A stretch of DNA of 64,000 nt from the NCBI GenBank assembly GCA_044892525.1, contig CM097885.1, forward strand, positions 202,244,001-202,308,000, given 5' to 3'. The position numbers and the translations under genes were made by a program. Shown here piece by piece: positions 42,461-54,283 of the stretch (its first letter is position 1; the number at the start of each line of letters is the position of its first letter). The stretch is from Schmidtea polychroa (taxonomy: Eukaryota). The notes under the pieces were generated by a model. That model worked only from the letters and a program-made list of their open reading frames with translations. It made no database searches and was not told the origin of the DNA.

Positions 42461-42728
42461 ACATCTTTCTTCGATGATTCTCGCACTACGATAAACAAAT
42501 TTCCAGAAACCAACCGAGAACTCATCCATTGAAGAACCATTGAAGAACCATAACCACATTCTTGATTTCTCTAATGATACAACTGCTTTGCATCCTCTAT
42601 TCGGATTTTGGATTTTATTTTTCATCGCTATTTACAATTGTCTAATTTCTACAGTGAAAACTTGTCAAGAAAATTCTCTACAAATGCATCGATATTTCAA
42701 TATAAGCAATTTTATTCTCGTATCTTTG

Positions 42729-42922
42729 CTGACGAAAGATATGTTCAGGAAAGATAATCTATCTTTCATTAAATGGCATCTACTGGCGAATTATGTTTTG
42801 ACTATGATTTTATCTTTTGATGGATCTATTATTATTAACTTCTTGTACGTTGATTCTTTGGTATTGATTCTACAGAATCCAGTTGATTTAGTTCATGCCT
42901 CAATTATCTCGTATTTAATTCA
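42729..42922 (+). repeat. 194-bp direct repeat, copy 1
   Basis: 193/194 identical to 44328-44521; followed by an A-tract (42922-42947). Confidence 0.95.
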
Positions 42923-44327
42923 AAAAAAAAAAAAAAAAAAAAAAAAATCAAATTTTATTTTAATCAATTGACGGCACTTGGCCAGGAAGGGGAGAACTTC
43001 TCACCCTTAGAGTTCTGTAGCTTTTAATTCAATGACCGATGGATACCAGAGTTATAAACTCAGGTATCAGAACGTGGGTTTCCAAATGGGTTGGAGTAAT
43101 TGGAGTAATTGGAGTAATTGGAGTAATAGGAGCATTTGGAGCAGTTGGAGTAATTGTAGCAATTGGAGTAATTGTAGTAATAGGAGCAATTGGAGTAGTT
43201 GTAGTAATAGGAGCATTTGGAGTAATTGGAGCAGTTGGAGTAATTGTAGCAGTTGTAGCAGTTGGAGTTGGAGATCGTCATTTAGTTGGGAGAAAGATGG
43301 TGTCAGAGTTATGGATTCTGCAATAGTGGTAACATTGTCTTGGTAGAGTTTTGGAAGTCATCATCGTAGGAGTTTTCAGTAGTTTAACGATTTGGTGCAG
43401 GTGTTCAGAATTTAGAGGTTTGGATTGGGCTTGATAGGTGGAGGTGATCGATATTGCAAGATTATTGATGTTGGTGTATATTTCACTGTTTGGATTGATT
43501 GTAGTAGTTGGAGTGAATGGAGCAGTTGGAGCAAATAGAGCGGTTGGAGTAAATGGAGCAGTTGGAGTAGATGGAGCAGTTGGGGAGGTCCGCCATTTGA
43601 GAGGAATACCGGATCGTATATGATAATATCTGAAATAAATAAATGTCGGGGCAGGAAGGCTCCCTTGCAAGGTTTATATATCGCATATTATATTACTTAT
43701 TATAGTATATATTGGAAGGAGTTGGTGAAGGTTGGGATAAGTATGGATAGTAGTATTAGTTCGTAATGTTAGTGATTATAGTAGTGATAGTATAATAAAG
43801 ATCATTATAGTATTGATAAGAACAACTAAAAAGACCACCAAATAGGCAGAACCCCTACAAGGATTCCTACATTAACCCATTCGGTGATTGGCACACGCAG
43901 TACATTATTAATNNNNNNNNNNNNNNNNNNNNNNNNNNNNNNNNNNNNNNNNNNNNNNNNNNNNNNNNNNNNNNNNNNNNNNNNNNNNNNNNNNNNNNNN
44001 NNNNNNNNNNNNNNNNNNNNNNNNNNNNNNNNNNNNNNNNNNNNNNNNNNNNNNNNNNNNNNNNNNNNNNNNNNNNNNNNNNNNNNNNNNNNNNNNNNNN
44101 NNNNNNNNNNNNNNNNNNNNNNNNNNNNNNNNNNATTAGCAATAACAATAATAATATTATATTAAATACATTAAGAATAATAATATTACACCATTAGGAA
44201 TTATGGTCATTAAGTTAATTTAGAGAGAGTTGGTTGAATTAGAGAGTTTAGATATTTATATAGTTGATTAGTAATAGTAAATAATATAGATAATAGCCAT
44301 AGTACACAAATAAAATAGGATAATGCT
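42923..44327 (-). mobile_element. putative retro-insertion with Pro/Thr-rich frame and 9-bp tandem repeats
   Basis: Lies between the 194-bp repeats; A-tract at left end; minus-strand frame (43670 to about 43040, one stop) rich in TPTAP/TPI repeats; contains an N-gap. Confidence 0.45.
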
Positions 44328-44521
44328 CTGACGAAAGATATGTTCAGGAAAGATAATCTATCTTTCATTAAATGGCATCTACTGGCGAATTATGTTTTGA
44401 CTATGATTTTATCTTTTGATGGTTCTATTATTATTAACTTCTTGTACGTTGATTCTTTGGTATTGATTCTACAGAATCCAGTTGATTTAGTTCATGCCTC
44501 AATTATCTCGTATTTAATTCA
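44328..44521 (+). repeat. 194-bp direct repeat, copy 2
   Basis: See copy 1. Confidence 0.95.
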
Positions 44522-44764
44522 TTACTGTCCTGATGATATCGTTTAAAAATTGTGTAATTTTTTGACGATCTTCACAATCATATGCTTAATGAAAGAATTG
44601 AAGAGATGCAAAATATATATCCCGGCATTGATGAAGCAAATGAGAGATTTCCTGGTTTGTATTTAGTGTGGATCATTTCAGGAAAGATGAAAGACAATGA
44701 AATCTGAGTTTTTATTTTTAATGGGAAAACTGATTTAAAACTGATTTATGATTTACTTTTCCAT

Positions 44765-45085
44765 TGTAAAGCGTCACAACCGCCCGACCCGCATGTGCGC
44801 TTGTACTTGGATGTTTAAAACATAAATTACTGAATTCTTGATAGAAACTTAAACATCAGGGGTTATTTAGAAATCAGTTGATGCAATTGAGAATTAATTG
44901 AGATTTACAAATAATACTTTAACCGTTTTATTTCAGCACTGAAAGGTTGGGTATTATTAAATGTCACAAATCGTTTTATTGTGTTGATTTTGTCTGATTA
45001 GATGAACCAATAATAAAATAATGTGTTATTATATTATTACAGCGGTAACTTATTGTCATACAGGCTCTTGTCAATGGCGACTCGG
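44765..45085 (+). mobile_element. possible LTR (TG...CA, 44765-45073) plus PBS-like TGGCGACTCGG
   Basis: TG/CA ends, 1-nt spacer, then TGG; second LTR not found in the window. Confidence 0.3.
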
Positions 45086-46462
45086 ATTTTTAGATTGATA
45101 GTGGTCGTTTAATCGTTTTTGTTACCACACTCGATCGATATTCGTTGCTACTACCTTGTCTCAGTTTTACTTTAGATTGCTTCTTTTGGGAATTTGATTC
45201 TAAGTTTTAATGTTAGCATCAAAATTTGAGCAAGGATCCGCTTTTGTTTCTCGGGTATAAAAACCCAGTTTCAACTTTCTGTGATGATAGGTACAACACC
45301 TACGCCTTTTAAGTAATGATCCACCCTGATTCTCACTTTTATTTAATCTATATCAGATCTCTTATAATAATTGTCTTTATTTAAACTGTCATTCCAAAAT
45401 TTGCGCAGGGATCCACCTTTATTTTCAAGCTTGATTTAAAGTTATTTTAGGTTCTCGATACCCATCGTCGTTATTTAAAGCTACGTTTCCAAAGTTTTGC
45501 GCAAGGATCCGCCATTATTTTCCACTTTTATTTGATCCACCTTAGGTTGACATCATTCAAGATTATTCATTTTTACCCAACACACAGTTCATCATCACGA
45601 CTTTTATATCTTTTATAAATATAACACTCTGAACTATTTAATTTGTAGTTAGATCAATTGTTTTATTCCATCTTCTAATATTTGACTCAGTTTGTTAACT
45701 CTTTCCATTTGATTAAGTCATCAGTTACAGCCGTCAGTGAGTTGGTAGACAAAGAAAAAAACGATTGTGTTTGCTTAATTTTCATTTACGCAGTTTAATT
45801 TTTTTATGAATATATCGTTTTAGCTGTCTACTCGGTGGAGTACAAATTGTCTTCCAAGGGGATATTAATGCGTGCTTTACTATTATGTCACTCTTTCGCT
45901 GTTGTCCGTCACCCCCTTCTTTTGTGATTCGCTCAAGTCTCATTACGATGATCGATAAACAGAAATGTCACTTGACTTTTCACACCGTAGGTCAAGTATG
46001 ATGACTGGTAAGTTATTTGACCAACTAACTAAGTGTTGGGTTGCCAACTAGGTCAACACTCTTTTATCGTCAACTAGGGGATGAAGGTCAAATATCCTAT
46101 TACCCAGAAATGAACCGAAGTACATGTCATCGACCGCTAGCCAGACCCCCATGATCGTTCTTGCATCCTGACACCCATGATCTGCATCATGTTGGTGATG
46201 TGCCATGACGGCGGAACGTAGTGAAGCAGGTAAGCCCCTGCCTTAGGACTACTCCTTTACTACGTTTCGACTTTTCTATTTCCCTGACGGTCGATAGAAG
46301 GTCTTACGTCGCCTGCTTTGAAGTTCAGCGAAATTTATCTCTCTGGCATCAATTTATTCTCTTGGCCATCGTCATTGTCGAAGTGTCACACACAAAAGTG
46401 AATAATTCAGATAACAAAACGAAAGTTATAATTAAGCACACAATATTTAAAGCAGTACAACA

Positions 46463-47271
46463 GTTTGGTCAGTGATAATCACATATAAACATAGATATAA
46501 GACAACGCACCGTGTCATGAATAGTATCCCACAGACTAGACATTTATGGTCGTGAGTAGGTACGACTGGTGACAAAGTAGATGGAGATGTACCAGCAAAT
46601 AGTTTCTCCAAATCGACAAAATCAGAAGCATGCTATTCCCATGAGGTGCTGGAAGGGGGTACGATCCGAAATCGGCGGACAAGCATGGTTGGTACAGCTG
46701 CTAGTGCTTGGAGAGCTGACTGGACGTTTTCTGCAATCAACCTGGCTTCACGCTCGGCTTGTAGCATTTTCCGTTTCCGGGAGAGTGACCGGATTCGGTA
46801 GGACGATGGGCCTTGGGGCCGCTTGGCTGACGCTGGTGATGCTGACGTCAGGTGTTGTGGGCGATAGAAGAGTGTGCACACAACTTTTACAGGCTTAACT
46901 TGCTGATCGAACCGGGTCCAATGGATAGTAATGACCCGGAAAGACATTATCTTCCTCTGATATCGGCACAGTGGCGATTTTTTCGTGATCGTCGCCTGCA
47001 CGTAGACCTTGTGCAGGACTTCCGATTGTTCCTTAACTAGCAGTCGTAAAGATCGGCTCTCATCGACAGGACTGTCACGGCAGTGCTAGACCCTTGCCAA
47101 CTTCTTCCTCGTTTCCTTCATCTGCAGGGGTGCGAACCAATTTCCTTCTAGTTCGTTTATTCTTTTCTTCAATAATCCAATTTGTCCCTGCAGCGTCTTG
47201 ATGATGGTGTTGTTATCGGCACAAGAATAGCAAGGCTTGAGTGCCGATGATGTGGTGGGCTTTCCAGACAT
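46463..47271 (-). pseudogene. GC-elevated accessory ORF (CxxC, coiled coil, C-terminal CxxC) with two in-frame stops
   Basis: ORFs 47086-47337 and 46633-47001 are in one frame; it begins MSGKPTT...CYSC...LKKRINELE and continues past the second stop to HKCLVCG. Confidence 0.5.
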
Positions 47272-47399
47272 TTCTATGGCAATAAAAAATATATATGGGC
47301 GAACAATACTGACAAACATAGAAACATACGACTGCAAATAGATGGTTAAAATGAATGATCAAGCTAGGAGTTTTCTATAACCCCGATGTCACGCCAGAG

Positions 47400-48800
47400 G
47401 GGATCACGACCATTTTGGCACATACATAAAAATCCCGGGGGAACAAACATGGACCCATATTCGTATACTCCTACGAGAAGAGATAAAAGATGAAATGAAG
47501 AACTCGTTTACGACAGTAATCTGTCCATTATTAGAAAACAGTTTTTCCAACGACATCATAGAATATTTCCTTTATATTTGGCAGTTATCGAACTATCCGG
47601 TGGAAATATTTTTCTATCGTCTATCACTAGCTAATGAACGTGATGGAATTCATGATACCAAATCGACTCACTGTCCAACATACGCGACCTAAATATTCGA
47701 GACAAATCAAAAAAATTTTTGTCACCACTACAGGATTTAAGACAGTCGATTTAAACGAACAAGAGAAAAGATTTTCTAACTGATCTTTAATTTAAAATTA
47801 AAGGCAGAAATCGGAAAGATTAATCGATATTTATTGCAAAATGCATATTTAAATTATGAAGGGTTAATTGATTTTTGACCTTTATTGAGTGAAATTCTAG
47901 ACACGAGTTTATGCTCGTGATTCAGTGGCTATTAATTTGCGTTTACAATTTATACCTCTGCATGTTTTAATGCTTTATCGATAAGTTGATATCTAGCGAC
48001 TGTTACTTCAACGACTACCTCACGTGCTACTATCTCATGGATATACTGATTAGGGACTTGTGCAGCACCGACGATTGAATTTATTTATCACTTATTAGTC
48101 TAACGGATGTCACTACTCTGATCAATTTGAGTCGACTAACGTGGTACTTTTTAGTCGTTGATTGGCATTATGTGTATACTGCGTGTTGTTTCTGAGTCGG
48201 CCTCATACTCGGACTCTTATCTGTCGATCGTCTACTGTTAGCGTGGGAATTTTCGATTGTCAAAATGTCTAATTTCTGTCTTATGAGCGGTGAAATGTGT
48301 TAAACTGACGAAAATCGGATCGAATTGTCGGTATTGCAGTTAATGCAATTGGATCTTACCAACTATGTTCTACGTTGGAAAGTGATGTTAGAATACTCCA
48401 TGAAAAGTAAATCGTTTGCTCTGCTGTTTGGCTATTGTTTCACTCCTCACACCAATTTTGTTGGCCGATTTATCTTCCTTACTCAGCTGTTATGCAATTA
48501 AACGTCGAAATCAATTTTGATGTACAAAAATTCAAACTAGCTGATGAAACACAAGATTCATGGATTTTTCTATGATCTAAGAAAACGGCGATTCAATTCT
48601 CGTCGTTGAAGAGAGGTGAAGTACAGGCTTCCCTAGTCGTTGCGAGATTTTCTCTGAGTAGTTCATTTCATTCAACTATTTTCGCATCGAATTTTATAAC
48701 TTACCTGGCGGCGACTGATCAGTGGAGAAACCTCCACGTGATGACCCGATCAATTTTGCCGCGATTCTGAAACGCAAATTGACCTACTTGCAAGGGGAAC
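47400..48800 (+). pseudogene. highly degenerate gag/pol-like remnants
   Basis: Only weak motifs, e.g. YVLRWKVMLEY resembling the RNase H C-terminal RWxxxLxEY. Confidence 0.3.
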
Positions 48801-51599
48801 TATGAATGTCCCTCAAGTTGTGGCCTTTCGGGTGCCAGTTTTGCAAATTGTATAAAATAAAATATATCGAAAATATATTTTATTTTATACAATATCTTGA
48901 CTTGAAATTTTACTACATCATTATTATCCAAATAATCCAATTAAAACTTTTACTATGTAATTATTAAGGTTTAATATCCGAACAGAGGAAACTTTTATTT
49001 TTTAAACATTAATAACCGAAAAAAAACTTTTATTATTACCACTATCATCATTTATGCATTATTAACCGAAAAAAGAATGAACCTGTGGACTTGAAAAAAT
49101 TTAATTCATTATAAACATATTACAGCTATGAATACTTAACAAAAAGGAAACCATAATATATACAAAAATAAAAATTTACTATCAAATTTCCTCCTGAATT
49201 ATTGAAAATGGTTTTCTCCGAATAGAATTGTTTTCACGTTCTGTTTGGAATCCTCGAGTGATTTGTTCGCTATAATTGGTACCTAAATTTGTTTGAAATT
49301 AACATTGAAAATTTCATTTCAATGCGGTGCTTATATAGCTGATCGTCAAATTTGCGGACCAATCAAAATCAAGGTGTCGCAAAATTAATTAATTTAATTA
49401 AAATTGATGTATTTTTGCTAATTTTGTCTCTATTTTTTATGTTTTCTTCCTATTATATTAACTTTTCTAAATCTTTGTATTAAATGGATACGTTTGGTGT
49501 TATTTCCATCTTTTATCTGCGTTTAAATGTTTTTTCCTAATTCTTTTAATCCTATTTTAGTTCTATTATTTATTTTTATTATTTATTTTGCTGTTTTATT
49601 TTTTTAACGAACTTCCTTATTTTGTTTTTAGGTATTTTTTAGTTACTTATCGGTTATTCCTTTTCCTATTATTATATTATATTTTGTTTAAGTCTCACTT
49701 TCTAGCCCAACATAAGCTTCAGAGATAGAATCAGGCTATTATATTTCGGCAATCGGTGTTATAAACGGTTTTGGTATATTTAATAGTTCATTTTAATTTC
49801 ACTCTCATTGGTCTTAGAGTGGTCATGTTAAACATAATAAATAGACAGTTTTGATTTTTATTACTACTAATTATTTCACTGTAAACTTAGAAAGAGTTTC
49901 GTGACTTATTCTATTTATAAGTTGAGAGTCAGAGTCGTTCACAGAACATCAGTAGTATTGGACTTTTAATGCTACTAAAAATTCTCATTTTATAAATTCA
50001 ACGAAATATGATGATAAATGAATTTGCCTTACTTCATTGGTTAGAAAATTTTGTCATGATGTTCAGCTAACAATAGTGTATAATTTCCTATAATATAAAT
50101 GATTCTAGAATTTCGCGAGTGAATGTTAGTTTATTATTGAGAAGTGAAAGTTGATTTAAACTTTGAAGGTTAATTCGAAATCTTTGTTGAAGTCAAAAGG
50201 TCTGTACAGTTTATATATAATTATGTCCTTCCACTTCCATGTGATCTCACGACGATATCATCTTTGAAGCACGAGTAAACTAGGATCCCCAAAGAAAATT
50301 AATACTGAAATTCTAGCATACTGTCAGATACTGATGTTTTTTTCATTTTTATTACATATATTATATAAATTTTCATTTTTCTCAATAATATGCAGTGTTT
50401 CGGAATCATCAAATTTTATTTAATTATTTAAAATTAATTTTAGAGTTGTGTATCATGTCTTTTCACAAAGCTTAGAATTCAAGTTTTTATGAAAGTTTGT
50501 TTAAAAATATTAATTATTTTAAAATAATGTAATGAATTTAAATTTGTGGATTTTAATGAATTGAAATTATGAAAATTGAAATAATTCTTCTCATATCCAT
50601 ATTTTCAGAGATTAATTTTGTTTTTGGAGGTAAATCATTTTTATTTAAAATATTTTTACTTTATATATCTAGATTGGCAGAATCAGCTATCTGATTATGA
50701 TATTCTGCCCAACTTAAATATTCGAGTATCTAGATCAACATTTGACAACAAACAAATACATTTTTCGACGAAATTCAGGTATTTCAAAATTTATTTTAAA
50801 AGAATACTTTAAAAATTAATTATCTAAAAGAAAATTTAAATTAATACTCAAGCCTTCTGTGGATTTATTTACAAAAGATTTTAAATCAGTAAACATCGAT
50901 AGATTTGGTCGTGAGACCCCAGTGCCAATCGATGACAGCCAATTTTACCAAGGATTCGTTTCAGGTAATTGAATTAAATATACTTTCTTTAAAATTTAGA
51001 TATACTTCAATGTGGCATTTATCATTTTCAATATTTGAATATTAAAGAAAATTTTTAATTTTTAATTAATTAAATATTCCTTTTGTATGATTTTGATTAT
51101 TCATGACGGCCTTCAATGAGGTCTTTTGGTCGATATCACAAATTTTAACTGGAAACATAGTTCTGATTGTAATTCAAAGTCTGAAGTTATCAATGTTGGA
51201 TTTGTTATTTACGAGAAGGAACATAATATGTGTTATTGACTTATTCAGGAACATTTAGGTAATTTTTCCTTATATTAAAACATATTGAAGCTGTAAACAG
51301 CTTTCATTATCTCAGTTTCTGGGTGAATCACAACTAAAAAATGATTAATATTCCAAATAATTCATTATTTAATTCCCAAAAAAAGATTAAATAAAAATCA
51401 ATTTTAAATTCTGATTCGACACAATCACTAACTTTTACGACAAAGACTGATTAGGAAATCCAATTTTATTGAAGAAGCCTAAACCGATCGATAGGAAACT
51501 TTTATACTCAATATGCAACGACATTGATAATTCCGATTGGCTGCATACAGCATATTAAAGGAAATGCTTTATCGATTCCAAAACATCCCATGACTCTTA

Positions 51600-51955
51600 G
51601 GGTCCGTCTACAAAGTACGTAACACTCCAGCAGGGGGGTGTAAGAAAATGTGACGGTTTGCGACAGGGGGAGGAGGGGGTTTAGGCCACGTGTGACGTCA
51701 CACATTTGTTTTTTTAAATTTTCTAATTTTTTGATGTGTGCTATATAATTGTCTAGTCTAATTTTACGTAGAATTTTATATTTTAATACTGAAGTGTGTT
51801 TTAGATTAAATTTTAATTCGATGTTAATTAAAAAAAAGTTTTCTTTGAAAGTGTGACGTACTTTAGATGAGGGGGTCCGAGATTTGTGACATGGGGGGAG
51901 AAGGGGTGGTTCAAAATGGTAAAAAAATAGCATGACATACTTTATGGACGGCCCA
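51600..51955. mobile_element. PIF/Harbinger-type MITE
   Basis: TIRs GGGTCCGTCTACAAAGTACG / GGGCCGTCCATAAAGTATG; flanking TTA at 51597-51599 and 51956-51958. Confidence 0.8.
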
Positions 51956-52316
51956 TTATTTGAAAATCCTTGAAAATATATTGATATTTTTTTACTGAAA
52001 AAAACCCTATTGAAAAGTCCCTATTGAAAAAATAGTATTACAATAAAAATAATCGGAGCTGAAAGCATTAAGAGCTAGAAAGTTAAAATGTGTATAATAA
52101 TACTCTAATAAGATGGAATTGCTAAGATAATTTAAAATGAATATTAAAATTTGTTCATTATTGTTTTTATTTGTTATTAGTGATCACCCAGTAGTCGGAA
52201 TTAGACTGTAATTCATTTAATTTTTAAGTTTGAATTGTTCTGAAAGTTTTTCATTATTTTATATAATATTTACACTATTTATATTAGCGTTTGGACTATT
52301 ATTATTTTGACTTTCA

Positions 52317-52319
<3 letters not shown>

Positions 52320-52373
<54 letters not shown>
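52320..52373. repeat. (TA)n microsatellite
   Basis: Direct reading. Confidence 0.97.
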
Positions 52374-52375
<2 letters not shown>

Positions 52376-52692
52376 TCTTCTTTGTCTCTCACTATGTCAA
52401 AACATAATGAAGTTAGGTGTGAATTTGTGAACAAAATTAGACAAGGTTTAAATAATAAAACATACTTACTCACTTTGTTGAATACACAAAGAAACAATAG
52501 TTTAATGTGAAATATTTAATTTAATTTAATGTATTTGTAATACATATTATATATAAATTTTAGCTCTCTGAACTCCTTCATATAAACTTTGACTATGCCA
52601 AATCTCACACTCTTACATGTGCGCAATATGCTTAAAAAGAGTAAAAAAATTCCCTTCAGGTATAAATGGTTACAAATGTTTAATTTCATTTT

Positions 52693-52982
52693 AGTAGTGG
52701 ATGTATGGCCTTCACGGACCCAACCCCCCCTAGCCCCCAGTGCCAAGCCCCTTCACATCCAGACTAAAAAACTAAACTTTTTCATCTTTTAACCCCCTAT
52801 ATTTACATCTTTTAGTCATAAAACCCTCAAATACACGGCTCCAATCCTCACAGACCCAAGTGATTGAAGTGGGAAACTTGAAAAGGGTCAGCGTCCGTGA
52901 AGGCCATACATCCACTACTATAAAAATATAAAAAATTTAAATCTTAAAAACTAGCAAACTGCGCAACTTGCTAATTTAATAG
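52693..52982 (+). repeat. left TIR (290 bp)
   Basis: Reverse complement of 57745-58035 apart from two substitutions and one homopolymer indel. Confidence 0.96.
52919..52982 (+). promoter_or_regulatory. putative TIR-borne promoter (TATAAAA plus palindrome centred on TGCGCA); mirror copy at 57745-57808
   Basis: Motifs lie just upstream of both start codons (52992 and 57715); function is inferred. Confidence 0.45.
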
Positions 52983-52991
52983 TATTTAAAA

Positions 52992-54283
52992 ATGGCTAAT
53001 AAAAATAAATTAAATCTTGATTACAATAAAGAGTTTATGCATGAAATTAAAAAAATTGATATTTTAAAAATATCACCAACTTCAGGATCTATTGCAAACT
53101 TAAATCGTAGGGGTGATATAGTTTTTCAATCTCTTCAAACATCAAACCCTATAGATATTTGTAATGCTAAATTATATTATAAAATTGAATTAGAAATTGA
53201 AGCAAACAAAGATATAACCCTAGAAAACAATTTCTTTCCAAATTTATTCTCCAACATGAGATTAAAACTAGGATCATCAGAAATTGAAACTGTTTTATAT
53301 CCAGGAATATATTCTACAATGTTAAATTTTATATTAACTGGTTGTGATTATAAAAATGAATATGGTGAATTAACAGGTTGGATTCCTGATGTTAATAAAG
53401 GGGATTTAGATAAAGATGGTTTAGATATAAATTATGGTTACCATAAAAGAGTTGAACTTTATAAATCTAAAAAATTTGAAGGTTATTTTGAATTAAAACA
53501 CTTATTTGGATTCCTTCAAAACTATAACCGTATACTTCATAATGTTTTTATAGAATTAACCTGTAATAGACTAGAAGGTGATAAAAAATTGTTCTATGGA
53601 GGTGTAGATACAAAAGCTAAATTAAAATTATCTACATATACCTGAATGGACTTTAAATCCTCAATATGAAATTAAACTCCTTGAAAGATTAAATTCCAAC
53701 AAATCTATAAATGTAAATTATTTAAATAGTCTGTAGTGAATTTAGTATGACAGAGGGTTCAACATATTCTATAAAGGTAGCAAATTTAGCATACCGACCG
53801 AGATATATCTTTATTGGATTCAAAGAAGTAGATTCATCTTTCCAAAAAAATAACTTGTTTATTCAAAAGATTGGAAATGATAATTTAAAATCAATACAAA
53901 TTCAATTAAATAGTTCTTATTATCCAATAAATAGAATGGAATTTAATATTGAAAATAATGAAAACATATTCCCATATCTGAATTATATTGAAACATGTTA
54001 TGATTTTAAAGTTGAACCACAATTAAGTTTAGAAGATTTCAAAAATTTATATTCTATATTTTGTATAAATGTATCAGATCAAGATGATCGTCTAGCTATA
54101 AATAATGTTGATGTTACACTTCATATAACAAAGGATTCTAATTTTAAAGCTAAAGTATATACATTAATATTAGAAGAAAATAAAATAGAATCTTTTGGAC
54201 TATTTGTCAACAACTCTACTCGAGTATATTTATCAACATTTTTCATTGTTTTCCCAAAGACTGAATTATTTAAAAGTTTATAA
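52992..54283 (+). pseudogene. Polinton-type double-jelly-roll major capsid protein (two frameshifts; C-terminus fused to antisense polB)
   Basis: Motifs LENNFFPNLFSNMRLKLGSSEIE, GWIPD, LKHLFGF..Y..IL.N, RPRYIFIGF, LNSSYYP, YTLILEE resemble Polinton capsids; bridging frame 53641-53736 PEWTLNPQYEIKLLERLN. Confidence 0.78.

Noticed and set aside
42540-42971. 143-aa hydrophobic ORF ending in poly-Lys
   Set aside because: The poly-K is the A-tract and there is no recognisable domain; the duplicate ORF at 44340 only reflects the direct repeat.
43032-43346. Plus-strand Gly/Val- or WSN-rich ORFs as collagen-like or membrane proteins, or the repeats as a CRISPR array
   Set aside because: These are alternate readings of 9-bp tandem repeats; there are no unique spacers and no cas genes, and the context is eukaryotic.
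14374-44165. ORFs containing X runs (14374, 24018, 24386, 36989-37393 set, 43867, 43884)
   Set aside because: They are open only because they cross N-gaps.
48849-48892. About 20-bp AT-only hairpin
   Set aside because: Low complexity; plausible by chance in this base composition.
52279-52510. IYIYIY ORFs (also 34016-34264)
   Set aside because: Translation of (TA)n microsatellites.
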